From Octopus vulgaris (Eukaryota), in assembly GCA_951406725.2 (NCBI GenBank), contig OX597814.1:172484001-172548000 (forward strand): a stretch of DNA of 64,000 nt, written 5' to 3'. A program made the position numbers and the translations under genes. How positions within the stretch are numbered: the first letter of the stretch is position 1; each line of letters begins with the position of its first letter. The notes under the pieces were generated by a model. That model ran no database searches. It saw only the letters and a list, made by a program, of their open reading frames with translations, and was not told the origin of the DNA. Below are positions 11,868 to 26,869 of the stretch, piece after piece.

Positions 11868-12199
11868 GTTTATCTTTTTTTTTTTAAAGAGTAATACAAA
11901 CCTACCAATCAATTAAAAGGCCGAATTTTGATAAGCAGAAAGCACTTTCGTACACTAGCTTCTCTCCCTTTGCCTCACTCATTCGCTCCACAGGTGAGTT
12001 ATAATAATGCTCCTGCAGCGATTATCAGAAGCATTCATTGCAAACACGCTCCTTTGAAAAATTCCCCGTAAAGATGATGGATGAGTTAGTGTTATTTATT
12101 CATGCTAGGAATTTTTCGGCTTTTAATGTAGTACATGATAATGAACCAGATGACATTTCAGGGTACGTTGCTAGTTAAAGAGGATAGGTTAATCATTTA

Positions 12200-12915
12200 A
12201 TCTTGTTTGTTTCAGTCATTACGCAGTGGCCATGATGGTGTCTCTCCTTGAAAGTTTAAATCGATCAAAAATTCACCTCAGTTCTTATTCTGAGTCTGTG
12301 ACTTGTTTCCAATCAGCTTCCTATTGCCGGTTTCGATTTGGTAGATGGAAACTGAAAGAAGCCCGTCATATATATATAATGTGTGTCTCTGTGTTTGTTT
12401 GTTCTCTACCACCATTTGAAATCGGTGTTGGTGTGCTTATGTTCTTATTACTTAGCTGTTCAGCAAAAGACAACGATAACAAGCTTAAAAACAATTTAGG
12501 GATAGCGTCGATCCGTTCATCTAAAATTATACGATGTGTTCCAGTATGGGGGCGGTCAAGTGACTGAAACAAGAAAAAGGTAAAAGATAAAGAGTAAAAG
12601 GCGTAGGCGTGGCTGTGCAGTAAGAAGCTTGCTTTCCAACCACATGATTCAGGGTTCAGACCCACAGCGCGGCATCTTGGACAAGTGTCTTCTACCATAG
12701 CTTGCGTGTGTGTGTATGTCTTTGTGTGTGTCTTTATCCCCTCCCACTGATATTTGTGTGTTTACGTCCTCGTAACTTAGTGGTTCAGCAAAAGATATCG
12801 ATAGAATAAGAATCAGGCTTTAAAAATGTACTGGAGTTGATCCATTTAACTAAAACTTGTCAAGGCTGTGTTCCAGTATTACCGAAGTCAAATGACTGAA
12901 ACGGGTAAAAGATAG
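12200..12915. mobile_element. Cluster of diverged SINE group B copies (one minus fragment, two plus)
   Basis: GGAAACTGAAAGAAGCCCGTC, GGCGTAGGCGTGGCTGTG head at 12600, ATGACTGAAAC tails. Confidence 0.8.
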
Positions 12916-13089
12916 GAGATAATTAATTGTAAATTTAAGTATTGAAGTAGAGCCTTGAATTTAAAAAAATGAACGTTTATTGTTTTAGTGGTTGAAGGAG
13001 GAGAAGAAAGGAAAAAAAATGTCAATGAAGTGATAATCTGGAAGAAAAAAGAAAAGGAAAAGTGATCAAGAACTGGAAAATACTTTAAA

Positions 13090-13270
13090 TTGGAATAAAA
13101 GAAGAATAATTATAGAGGTCTCTAAAGCCTAGTACAAATGACATATCGTATGGAAGTGAGACAAATTTGAGTAAAGGAAAGTTTATTGATAAAAAATTTA
13201 TAAAATCATTTTCAAATAAAACAGATGCATTTCAAAATGAATGTAGAAAACTGTTCGTGTAGAGAACGGA
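13090..13270 (+). pseudogene. LINE (RTE-like) post-RT remnant
   Basis: Encodes SYGSET (13146-13163) and DAFQNECRK (13224-13250), matching LLYGSETW...LDAFxxxCLR. Confidence 0.45.
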
Positions 13271-13748
13271 GTCGGGCCAAAGGAAGGAAGTGAATCAGAA
13301 AAAAAAAGACAAAAGGACAAGAAGACAGAGAAGATGTAAAGGATAGGATAAAGTAAAACTCTATAACTAAGATTTAAACTGGAACTTGTTCACAAGAGTT
13401 AAATAGGTAATGTATAGAGGTGATGTTATAAATGAAAAGTACGCAATGTTTAAACATTTTTAGAAACAACACGTATAAAATTAAAGAATAATTACTTTCT
13501 GCTGAATACGTAACACCCATGCTAAGGTCATTAGGAGTAAAATGTGCTTTTAAAAATTCATAATATAATTTGATGCTTTAAAATCATCTTCCTAGTCAAG
13601 GTAATAGTTTCAATATGGTAGTCTGTAATATGGCGATGAATTAAGCGAAGTTGATAGTATTAATAAGGGAAGAAAGTTATAGAGGAATATTTCGTTTTTG
13701 GATTTGGTTTGCAAGATTCTTTATATGAGTTCGTGTGTTGAAGCATAT

Positions 13749-13969
13749 TCTGTTGTGTCTGGGGAGAGTCATTTTCTTTTTCTGCCTTATAATGAAACAC
13801 TCGCCGGTAAAATTTCCGCTTATTTCTTAGAGTCAAGATTATTGACAAGGTTGCAAGACGCAACGAAAATTTTAGGAAAATAAAATCAAGAAATAAGTGG
13901 AAATTTTACCGGTGAGTGTGTTACATTTTAAGGCACAAAAAAAAAACGACTCTACCCAGACACAACAGA
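13749..13969. repeat. Inverted repeat, ~80-bp arms (13749-13828 / 13888-13969)
   Basis: tctgttgtgtctggg...ccggtaaaatttccgcttatttctt versus aagaaataagtggaaattttaccgg...cccagacacaacaga; no hammerhead, no TA flank. Confidence 0.88.
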
Positions 13970-14494
13970 TTATAGAGGAATGATACAGTTTAAAATCAAA
14001 TTATAAGAATTTGGTATTATGCAAAGGATACTTTTAAACAAATTACTAATTTCTGATGCACTTAACCGTAAGTTTAAATTGATCTTTTTTAACGCTAAGA
14101 ATTTTTTCCTGATTCTCCCAATATCCGTTTTGTGGGAATAAAGAGTCCAATCGCTGGATTATGATCTTTCAAAGTGTAGTGAGGAATTTTAAGAGTGAGC
14201 GTTTTGGTTCTATTATGAAAATTACAAATGTCATGATATTTAAATTTACATACGTTAGGTATTAGAACTGCATACTCCAAGAGATTCGGCAGCGATGCAG
14301 TAGTCACTTTGAAAATCGTTTGTTTTTGAGCACGTAAGTCTCCCGTTCATTGTTTCGGTTTCGTAGTTATTTAGATACTGGAAATATTTCATCTGGCAAT
14401 ATTTCAAAACAACACTTTATCAAAAACAGAAGCAAAGATGTCTATTAAATACTAAGGATAGTACTGTTTACCACGTCTCTTCTCTCTTTAAAGC

Positions 14495-14580
<86 letters not shown>

Positions 14581-14582
<2 letters not shown>

Positions 14583-14800
14583 CCAATTAAGGACTGAACA
14601 CGAAAAGCGAACAGTCAGCATGCTAGATATAGACGTCAAATCGCCATTCTCCACAAAGATTATGTTCTCAAATCAAACTCAGCACAGTTTGATTTGTGCT
14701 GAGTTTGATTTGAGAACATAATCTTTGTGGAGAATGGCGATTTGACGTCTATATCTAGCATGTTGACTGTCCACTTTTCGTGTTCAGTCCTTAATTGGTA
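14581..14800. mobile_element. Palindromic island in (TA)n (arms 14581-14686 / 14695-14800)
   Basis: 106-bp arms with about 3 mismatches, TA on both sides; carries a TTTGACGTCTATATCTAGC motif variant; no hammerhead core. Confidence 0.93.
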
Positions 14801-15218
14801 TATATAAATATTTTAATCTTCGGATTCTTTTTTAATATGCTAGACCACTGGTTTTAATTGATAAATATCAATTTCTACCCTTAATTAATTATATATATAT
14901 ATTCACTAATTTCAATCATTGGCCTGCAACAATGCTGCGACACTGCCTGGAAGAGATTGGTCGAATAAATGGGCACACGTAGTAAATTTAAACACAACAA
15001 CTATTCTATTAGGGTTTATCGTTGACGTGCTTTATGGTGTCGTAAATAAACCAGCACCGGTTGTCAAGAGGCGGTGTGGGGAACAAGCACACACACACAC
15101 ACACACGCGGTAGTATTATTATATGCACCCAAGTTTAAGATTGGGCATTCATCGTGTGTGAATATAAAATTGAAGAGCTCGGACTCAAGAAGGAGTACGG
15201 TTGGACATTTCTTTATTA

Positions 15219-15311
15219 TTCGCTACAGCTGTTTCGACACAAGAATAGAGGTATTTGATTATGGAACTGTTTGATTGCATACTGAGATCTAGTTCTGTTT
15301 CCTCAGGTGAT
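15219..15311 (-). ncRNA. Hammerhead motif, mildly degenerate, within a diverged inverted repeat (15165-15237 / 15501-15569)
   Basis: tcac CTGAGGA aaca...tgtc GAAAC agct GTA gcga; palindromic ACAGCTGT. Confidence 0.75.
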
Positions 15312-15779
15312 ATACGAGTGTTGTCTCCGTTAGCTTAAATTCGTCGACTTCAAGGCCATCACTGTTCGTCGTGGTTTGAAATTAGTAGCGGCTGATGGAC
15401 CCATGGTGTTTACTGCGAGAGCATATTTGTCGGACTGCTATGAACAGTTGTAGATGGTACTGGCTGGCGTAATCAAATTTTCTTGGAGAACAATGTTACT
15501 TCGAAACAATTGAAGCGAATAATAAATATCGAACCATACTTCTTCTTCACTCCAATCTCTTCAATTTTAAATATATACATATGTGTATATATGCGTATAT
15601 ATACAAATAAATATGTGTGTGTGTGTGTGTGTATGTGTAAATATATTTATGATACATACCCAGGGTAAAAAATATACTCTTATCAACATGTTAAACATAT
15701 TGTCATTTACGTAGGAATATTTAAATCTACGCACATATCGCATACATCTATACATCTATCTATACCTCTGTATTTTTGC

Positions 15780-16785
<1,006 letters not shown>

Positions 16786-17052
16786 CACACGGAGCTGTAG
16801 GTAAGTCGATGCATAGTTACATAGATATACATAAGAACCATGAATGACAGTTACGGGCTTCAGTCGGTCGGTGATTGGTTTATCGTCGACCTTCTGTCTC
16901 ACACAGTGTTCCTCTTCACCGACCAATCTGACAGGCAACGTCGGAAAACTTTTATGGTAGCTAACTGACAAGTATTTCTAATCGGAACGCCAGTACCTCT
17001 GACCGTTATCGACCCCCTACTTCATTTTAACGCCCTACGCTACCAAACAATC

Positions 17053-17120
17053 CGCCATCATCACCGCCGCCGCCACCGCCGCCGCCACCGCCGCCGCCAC
17101 CGCCGCCGCCACCGCCGCCA
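17053..17120. repeat. (CCGCCGCCGCCA)n GC-rich tandem repeat
   Basis: Direct reading, 4-5 units. Confidence 0.9.
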
Positions 17121-17271
17121 TTTCTATTGTATGTAATATCCACCATAGAAGAGTGCCTCGTTTCTCTTTCTTGTCTTTTGTTTTCCATTTTCCCTACCCA
17201 CTTCCTTTCTTACAACCGACCCATCCACCATATCATTCTCGCTCGCTCTTTCCCACTCCTCTCTTTTACAT

Positions 17272-17322
17272 CATGTATGTGTATTTGTGTATGTGTATTT
17301 GTGTATGTGTGTGTGTATGTGT

Positions 17323-17360
<38 letters not shown>

Positions 17361-17477
17361 ATGTGCCGGAGAGCATAAATATATATATAGTGAAATATAT
17401 ATTATAATATGTATTTCTATGTATGTATGTATGTATGTATGTATGTATGTATGTATGTATGTATGTATGTATGTATG

Positions 17478-17517
<40 letters not shown>

Positions 17518-17730
17518 ATTATATTATATTATATTATATTATATTATATATACATATATATATATGTATATATGTATGTGTTTATATATAAATATATATA
17601 TATACGTACGTACACATACTCATAAACATATATATGCATATACACATTATATACACACAAATTATATGTATATATACGTATGTATATATATACAAATCTA
17701 TATCTATATTTATATATACATATATATATA

Positions 17731-17827
<97 letters not shown>

Positions 17828-17892
17828 ATACATATATGTATATATATATTATATACATACATGCATACATATATACACACATGCATACACAT
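17272..17892. repeat. Compound microsatellite (TG)n/(TATG)n/(TA)n/(ATTAT)n
   Basis: Direct reading. Confidence 0.95.
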
Positions 17893-18393
17893 ACCGCCAT
17901 CACCTCTTCTTTCGACTTACAGCTCATGATCCGGAGATGCCTTCATTTTTGCCTTTCATTTTCGTTGGTTCGCAAGTAAAAATAAAACGTCATTTCATGT
18001 TGGTATCATTTTTGATATTAGGCTTCTCTTAGTTTTTGCTTTTATTTTTATTCTACCTATATATCTATATCTATGCATCTATATAAATGTGTGTGCTTGC
18101 GTGCATGTGTGTGTGTGTTCGTGTGTGCATGTGTGTATGTGTTCGTATGTGTGTGAATGTATGTGTGTATGTGCATTCTTAGTTCTGTTCGACCTCAAAG
18201 TGCTTCTGGCGTGAACGATTTTACTTTTTGTTCCTAGAGCGGTTCTCTTTTTCCAGTGCCTTCGATGGTTCATTTTAATATCTCGGCACAACTCTTGATA
18301 TATATTTTCTGTTCTTGTTGATTTTTGTCTCTTATTTCCTTCATTTTAATTTTAATATTTCTCTCTGTATTTATTCTTCTATATGATGAATAT

Positions 18394-18701
18394 GGAGGCG
18401 CAATGGCCCAGTGGTTAGGGCAGCGGACTCGCGTTCGTAGGATCGCGGTTTCGATTCCCAGACCGGTCATTGTGAGTGTTCATTAAGCGAAAACACCAAA
18501 AGCTCCACGAAGCTCCGGCAGGGGGTGGTGGCGATCCTTGCTATACTATTTCGTCGCAACTTTCTCTCACTCTTTCTTCTGTTGGCTTGCTCGCTTAGCC
18601 AGCGGGGTGGCGTCATTTGAAGGCTAAAACAGTGCGTAATGCATTGTGACCAGCGATGTGTAGCAACATCTGATAGCCTGGTCGGTCACGTGATCACGTG
18701 A
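18394..18701 (+). mobile_element. SINE group C (tail type GTCACGTGATCACGTGA)
   Basis: Same tRNA head as 6218-6622, different 3' half; flanks tgatgaata/taatgaata. Confidence 0.88.
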
Positions 18702-18828
18702 TAATGAATATATTTATTCTTCTATATAATATAATGCACATTCTCTAGAGATGTGGTTACGTTACATTGTTAGGCATAAGGCCAGTTGTTTTAAGGGTGA
18801 GAACAATCAATCATATTCGTTTTTAACT

Positions 18829-19030
18829 TTCGGCGCAAGGCCAGCAAGTTCAGGGGAGGACCGAAAGTCGATTACATTGACCTCAGTTCTCAGCTGGTAC
18901 TTATTTCATCGACCCCGATAGGATGAAAAATTAAGTTGACCTCGGCGGAATTGAACTCAGAACGTAAAAGCGGACGAAATGCCGCGAAAAATTTTGCCCA
19001 TTGCGCGAACGATTCTGCCAGCTTGTTGCT
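18829..19030 (-). mobile_element. SINE group A, diverged, alternative tail
   Basis: TCGACCCCGA-AGGATGAAA...GACCTCGGCGGAATTGAACTCAGAACG. Confidence 0.82.
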
Positions 19031-19641
19031 TTAATATTGTGGGACATCTATGCTCTTCTTTAGTTAATTCATTTACATCCGAAGAGTACTGACGAAGCTT
19101 TAAGACGACTGAAACATGGCTTGAGCTGATGAGTGCTCAACTCGACAGGAAAGGGGTCTTCATTTGACAACGGCTTGGTTCGACAATAGTCTAACTCAAT
19201 TCAATAAAATACTGAAGTTGGCTGGAAACTGTAGAACAATTTGGGTTGTTTTGTCTTATTAATGGTACTTATTTTATTCCTGTCTTCCTTTTTGACAAAC
19301 CAGGATAAGATACGAAGTCAACTTTGATGTGGTTTCAACATAACTAAACGTTAAATCTGCCCAGGGAGTTCTACCTACTTTGCCTTTCACCGGCCATGAT
19401 GTTACACAAACTATTAAAGATGCATTTTCTGAAAATATCTTGTATGTGTTGTTGTTTATCTCCACTCAGGACGCAGTGAACAGAAGAAGAAGAAGAAGAA
19501 AAAGAAGACGAAAATGAAGAAGGAGGAGGAGGAGAAGGAGGAAGAGGAGAAGGAGGAAGAGGAGAAGGAGGAGGAGGACGAAGACAACGAGGAGGAGGTT
19601 TCTAAATATATTCACATGCCTCTTTAATTCAAATAGAAACT

Positions 19642-19702
<61 letters not shown>

Positions 19703-19761
19703 TAGAGGAGAAATTAAAATCCAAGGCAGAACGAGGTAGCTAAATGACTTGAGATATATTA

Positions 19762-19812
<51 letters not shown>

Positions 19813-19918
19813 CATGTCAAAGGGAAATGGAATTTAATTAGAATTAAAACATTCAATCAAAATTTACATTTCCAGTAGTCTAACGTGCAAAAAAAAATTA
19901 GTCAAGAAGACTATATAT

Positions 19919-20195
19919 TAGTCATACGATATAGTGTATATTTAAACACATAAGGAATCCACTTATTCAGCACGCTAGAAAGAACAGCTAGGTTCTGTAA
20001 ACCACAAAAATAACGATAAAATTCGACAGGAATAAAGTTGGAAATGAAAAACAATTTTTCATTTCCAAATTTATTCCTGTCGAATTTTATCCGTTATTTT
20101 TGTGGTTTACAAAACCTAGCTGTTCTTTCTAGCGTGATGAATTCCCTATAAGTGGATTCCTTATGTGTTTAGATATACACTGTATCGTATGATTA
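19919..20195. mobile_element. Palindromic island ending in (TA)n (arms 19919-20051 / 20055-20195)
   Basis: ~135-bp arms, 3-nt loop, one ~7-nt indel; carries a CCTAGCTGTTCTTTCTAGC motif variant. Confidence 0.92.
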
Positions 20196-20297
20196 TATAT
20201 ATATATATATATATATATATAACACCACTCTCTTTTTTATCTCTTAAATACACATCTTTCATTTTTCCTTCTCAATCATAATTTCTCTTTTCCTCAT

Positions 20298-20348
<51 letters not shown>

Positions 20349-20566
20349 TTCACACTCTACTGCATTAAAAAAAAACAGCAGCGTTCGGGCTATTGCACAT
20401 CGAATAATGCAGTTCTGTATATAATATTCTTGAACGTATCACGTTGTTGCCACGGTTGGAAATCCTTTGATCATAGTTCATCTGAATCCGAGCTGACTGA
20501 CTGACCTAAGGGTATAACAACAAAAATATACATTCAGTTAATAGTATTTTTCATTTCCTCTCTTTT

Positions 20567-20632
<66 letters not shown>

Positions 20633-22084
20633 GATGACAGTTTTATATCGAAAACCATCGCCCAGTGTCAAACACAATAACTGTAAAACATAGGAGGCCA
20701 AACTTTTTATCGAATCTTATCATTATTTGTGATGTTTTCTCTCAGGTGTATCTAATTAAGTGATTGCAACTAATTACATTAATTAACAAGAATGTATTAC
20801 CAGCGTTAAAAAAAATGAAATTAATTGGTAGCCAAAGATAAAAAACAAGTTTTCTATTTCGTTTAAATAAATATATATTTATTTTTTAGAGAATGCTTTT
20901 ATTACTCCCACAGCTGCTGGTGCTACTGATGATGATGAAGATGATGATGATGATGGTGGTGGTGGAGTTGGTGATGATGATGATGATGATGATGATGATG
21001 GTGGTGGTAGAGTTAGTGATGATGATGATGATGTCCTCGTTTAATTATTTCATTAATTCACATTTCAATAAAACTGAGGAATGAGGAACTGGCTATTTTT
21101 TATTAGCCTGATAAAGAAGGGACAAGCTCACAACCATGTTGAGGCCTTCTTAAATTTGAAATAATAGTCAATTAAGTCCGCTTTCCTTGAAGTTCACCAA
21201 TCTATTGCAACTATAGCTAATATTATGCAAGCGACTTCTAACCATGAGCTCTTTTTTTTTTGCACCTGACTCTATCAAAACACTGAAAGTGCAACGTCTA
21301 TAACATTCCATTGCATGTTTACTTTTAACTTCCATGGTTACACAAGCGAAAATAGAGAGAAACTATATGCAAGGCCTCTTTTGGCGTAGTATGCCTAATC
21401 TGGTCGTTTCGTTTATTACTATTAACTGACCACATTAAGTATAACTTTAGCAGAGTCTACTCTGTTGACCATGAATGGTGGACATAACCCGTTGTCAAGT
21501 TTAACACTACCTTTTAACCACACTGAATGAGGCCTTAATGAAATCCACCCTGTTGCTGTCATCCAGTTTAAAACCGCTACCTAACTTTTAGGTGTGATTT
21601 CAGCGGAGGCCATACTGCTGAAGTCAGGTCTTTGGTCTAATGATAGATGATTTGCACTACAGCAGCTGCCCAAGATTCAAAATATCTTCGTTCTTTGCCC
21701 TCACCATTTGTGCTGAAGTCTGTGTAATCGTCCTTTGACTGAGTCATTAAAAAATATACCTGGCATAACAAAATTTGTTTTAAATAACGTGTTGACATCT
21801 CTGTGCAAAACAAAAGAAAATAAGTCTGTTCTAGGCCCCAGAAAGTTTAAGCGTACTTTCACGAACTCGGAATATATTTCTGTATCCATATGGCTCTGAA
21901 AGATAAAACACTAAATCATTTCTCATTCTTCTCGTTACTACTCAGTCACTCCCAACTGACTATCTTCTACCTTATTTCAATATCCCTATACCTACTAATT
22001 ATCTATATACCTTCGGCAATGCCGAACTTAATTTAACGTGATACATAAATCATCTCTCTAGATTTAGAAAGACTATGAAAATGA

Positions 22085-22400
22085 AGACTATTGTAAGTGA
22101 TATTAGGAAAGCCTTTGGCGCTGTTATGAAAACATTTTGACTAAATTAGCTTTCTTCAGATTACACCCATGACTTAATCATTTTGATCCGAAGTTTTCCA
22201 TGTCTTCAAATACCATCCCATCATATGCCATCCAATCTGAGAATCCTCTTCTCTGTCATTTCTGTTCAGCCCATAGGATTTGTAATCCCGTCTATTTCTT
22301 TCGTCTGTTCATAAATCACCACGAACTCCCTTCACTCTGATGCAAATTTTAAAGTTCATCCTACTTCATTATAACTTTTGCCAATACTTTTGTCGAGAAA
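22085..22400 (+). pseudogene. CR1/L2/Jockey-type LINE reverse transcriptase relic
   Basis: SDIRKAFGAV...LTKLAFFRLHP (cf. LDISKAFDxV...LLxKL) then P*GFVI...FRLFINH (cf. PQGSVLxPxLFxLFIND); frameshifts and stops. Confidence 0.6.
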
Positions 22401-23642
22401 GCCACAGAATATCTTTCTCGTCAATTAATGAAGACCCTAATAGTTTTATGTAATAAGAACAGACAAAGCAGCGACATCGAGCGACAGTTCTTACTGTTTA
22501 ACCGCAAGTCAACGCCTAAGGAAAATTATGCTTGAAGGCCTTCCAACAATGATTATCTCGCCTCTTTCATTCAATGATAGTGCATACAAAACCACATAAC
22601 TCATTGTATTTCTCTTTTATATATATATTTTTAAATATATAATACGGTGTGGGCTGACAAGATTAGTTGCTATTTCTAACATATCTATTGACTATGTTGA
22701 ATTCACCAAACTGTTGTTTCTTATATCCAATTCTTCATGATAGAGTCATTCTATGTTCTATGGAAGTTTCAAACATGGCAGTTTATTTTTTTTATTTAAG
22801 CATACTGCATCCATATTCACGTTATCAAATATGCATCTCAGACAATAGAGTAAGGCGTTTAGGAAAATACTGTTGTTACTTTTAGCAGGACGACCACAGA
22901 TTCAACCTCATTGACTTCAGTTTTTATGTACCTTTATTTAAAGTCAAATTCCCAATATAAAAGATCTTCTTCACTTCCTATTCTGGATCATACACCATGC
23001 TATTGTAATTCTTCTTTCTCAAAAAATCCAATATTCTTAAGATTGTTACAGAGCTGAATTTTCTCCTCTGCAGTAAGAAATTCATATAAAAGTAATTTTA
23101 TTAAAATCATATACGTAATAACAACAACAGAAATTACAACAATACCAGCAGTAACAATCTACGAACAAAGAAATAAAGGAAGTTTTTTACGATCAATTGT
23201 CCTCCTATATATAGTAGCCAACTCTCCTTTAAATTACGTCTTTAATGAAAGAAGTTAAAAACATAGCAAATTATAAACTTAGATATACAAAAAAAAAAGA
23301 AGAAAAGAAACGAAATTTTCATCTGCTTCCTTTGATCTGCGTAATCACGACTACATAGGGTTAAACATTAACAACAAAATAACAACAATGTGTTGCATAG
23401 ATGATCGTGCAAATCTAATATTACAACACGTTCAAGAGTTTTATTAAGAGAATAGTTTGCCTGAAACAAATACAAACCAAAGGGCGAAGTCTCCCAGAAG
23501 TCACACAACTTGCTAGAAATAACAACTGAATTACCTGCTTCCACGTGGTTCACAATTCTCTCAATTAGCAGCCTTGAATGAAGATAGCAGCCGATTTTCA
23601 TTCAACCATCTATAAGACTCTACACAAACACACACACACACA

Positions 23643-23700
<58 letters not shown>

Positions 23701-23733
23701 TACACACATACACACACATACACACACACACAG

Positions 23734-23778
<45 letters not shown>

Positions 23779-24164
23779 ACCACCACCACCACCACTACCA
23801 ACTCCACAACCATCAGGCAAGAGCATGGCTATGTGAATCTAGGTTCGATCACACTGCACAGCAGTAAGATAATGATTGTGAAAAGCTGTTGTTACGTTTT
23901 GTCACAACTTCCGATAGAGTTTTTACACTAATTTAAAAGTCTGTCATTCCGTCTTTACCTTAGATTAATAAGTTCGAAGGATTGTTTTTTGTCCTTATAG
24001 CACGGAAATATATAATTTCATCATTTTCAAAACCTATCGTTGTCATTACTTTTTTTCCTTTAATATATAAAAGACAAGCATTTAAACATTTTTTCAGCAA
24101 GTTCGTTATTTCTCTTTCATTTAATAAACTCCACTTAACTTTAACTTAAATAAACGTATGCATG

Positions 24165-24226
24165 TATTATGATCCATCCATCCATCCTTCCATATATATA
24201 TATGTATGTATATGTATCTGTATACG

Positions 24227-24313
<87 letters not shown>

Positions 24314-24489
24314 GTATATACGTATGTATGTATGTATATATACGTATATGTGTATATATAAATATATCCATATATGCATCTATATGTATGTACATGTATA
24401 CACATACGCGTGCACACACACACTCACAGATACACACACATACACACACACACATATATATATATATAGACAGACAGACAGACAGACAA

Positions 24490-24553
<64 letters not shown>

Positions 24554-24630
24554 ATAGATAAATGATAGATAGATAATGCGTACGTATGTGTGTGTATGTG
24601 TGTGTACACATATGTACTACTATACATACG
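24165..24630. repeat. Compound microsatellite (TA)n/(CA)n/(GACA)n/(GATA)n
   Basis: Direct reading. Confidence 0.95.
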
Positions 24631-24898
24631 TCAGTTTTCGATGCTGTCACGAATTTCCGTCTAATATCTATCTACATCTACCGCTTATCATTTTCTTTTT
24701 ATCAGTTCCCATATACGTCCTGGCCAATAAACTCGTATTAAATATTTACTGATGTAATTACTTATCACTGTATACTTCATAATCTTACACTAACGATGTC
24801 TTACAATTTTCTTTACGAATTATTGTTTTCATGTTGTTCTGTGCTTTTTTTTTTTGTAACTCCAATAAGCACTTCTCATTTTATTCCTTTTCCATATA

Positions 24899-24940
<42 letters not shown>

Positions 24941-25400
24941 CAATTTTATACTAATTTTCTTTCTCGTTACCAATTATTTACCTTCGACACTCTTAATTTT
25001 CTTTTGAAAATTTCTCTTGTATGTCCGTATCAATATATATCGTTTAGAATATATGCAGATATAATTACTTTTAACTATATCGTTCTAAATTTGTCGGAAT
25101 TTCTTGATAAATTATTGATTAAATTTAAGGATTTTTACTTTCAACTTTTGTTTGTGACTGTGAATAGGAAGTGACTTTCTTTTAAATCTAGATGCGTTAA
25201 AAACATGACAAAGAACGCAATGTCATTAGTACAATATCAACCAATTAGAGATACGAAATGCATCAGTCTTAGCTAAGTACTCCAGAACTAAGAAAATCAC
25301 AAAATACCTGACCTTTCGCTAGCAGGTAAAAGACAGTTATAAAATTCAGAACATTACATTTAAAACTTATTTCCATATCATATTTTTAATTTTATTCTTT

Positions 25401-25766
25401 TCTACTCTAGGCACAAGGCCCGACATTTTTGGGGATGGGGCAGTCGATTAGATCGACCCCAGTACGCAACTGGTACTTAATTTATCGACCCCGAAAGGGG
25501 ATGAAAGGCAAAGTCGACCTCGGCGGAATTTGAACTCAGAACTTTGCGACGGGTGAAATGCCTATTTCTTTACTACCCACAAGGGGCTAAACACAGAGAT
25601 GACAAACAAGGACAGACAAACGGATTAAGTCGATTATATCGACCCCAGTGCGTAACTGGTACTTATTTAATCCACCCCGAAAGGATGAAAGGTAAAGTCG
25701 ACCTCGGCGGAATTTGAATTCAGAACGTAAAGACAGAAGAAATACTGATAAGCATTTCGCCCGACG
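25401..25766 (-). mobile_element. Two adjacent or nested SINE group A copies with different tails
   Basis: AAAGTCGACCTCGGCGGAATTTGAA occurs twice (25510, 25695). Confidence 0.87.
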
Positions 25767-26305
25767 TATTTTTAGCGGTCAACGTACAAAGAAACTTTGC
25801 TTTTTATATTTATGTTTTCAGCGGTCAACGTACAAAACAATCAAACTTTGCTTTTTATAAGGATATATAGATATTACATTAAAATAGAACGCGGACTGCA
25901 AGAAACGGGAGCCAATACACTACCAACTCCCGAGACGTGGTTTTGATTCCCAGGAAGTTTTTTTTTTTTTTTTTGCTAGATCAAAACATTTAATCTCACC
26001 TTGCTACACAGTCATTTTGACATTAAACATGTGTCACACTGTACACCTATACTGACAATATCGATATGATAGAGGCAAGACCTAATGTTATTCTTTCAGT
26101 TTCCGTCTTCTTTCAGTTCCGTTTACCAAATTTTGTTGCTTCTTATATTACTTAATTATTTCTTGTCCTTTTTATTATCCTGATTACCGTATTTAAATGC
26201 CAGCCGCCTTTCTTTCGGTTCTTTTATTACGAACTTTTCATGATTCACTAAAACATTTTACCAATTACATTATCACCGTCTTAAATATATATATTTACAT
26301 ACAGG

Positions 26306-26646
26306 TTTTTTACATCTTTCCTTTACCCCTTGCTACAATTTGCCTGTGGGCTCTGCCAGAGGTAATCTCCAATAGAAAATTATACTCGCAAATATAGGAA
26401 TGTATATAAATATATCTGTATGGATATCATTTGATTACTATATACGAATCATCTGTGCAAGTTGTTTAGCAGGTTATTGTGGAACCCTTATCTGTCGTCT
26501 ACGATAGGAGGGTCCACAGATAATGATATCCATACAGATATATTTATACACATACCTATATTTGCGTGTATTATTTTCTATTGTATATTACCTCTGGCAG
26601 AGCCCATAGACAAATTGTTGCAAGAGGTAAGGAAAAGAGGTAAAAA
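26306..26646. mobile_element. Older palindromic island (arms 26306-26431 / 26522-26646) with inner hairpin 26478-26518
   Basis: ~125-bp arms with scattered mismatches; hammerhead-like ttacct CTGGCAGA gcc caca ggc AAA...aggtaa. Confidence 0.85.
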
Positions 26647-26698
26647 TCTCTATGAAAAGAAAAAAAAAGATAGAAGAGAGAGATAGAATACGACCAGT

Positions 26699-26832
<134 letters not shown>

Positions 26833-26869
26833 CGGAAAAATTACTATGAAGCTTGGTAAAGATTACATT

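Noticed and set aside
17890-18300. Possible host exons from donor- and acceptor-like sites
   Set aside because: No recognisable peptide or consistent exon chain; cannot be supported without transcript data.
20893-21084. Poly-Met/Val ORF (also 59830-60039 and the Glu-rich run at 19480-19600)
   Set aside because: (GAT)n/(GGT)n/(GAG)n trinucleotide repeats without supported splice context.
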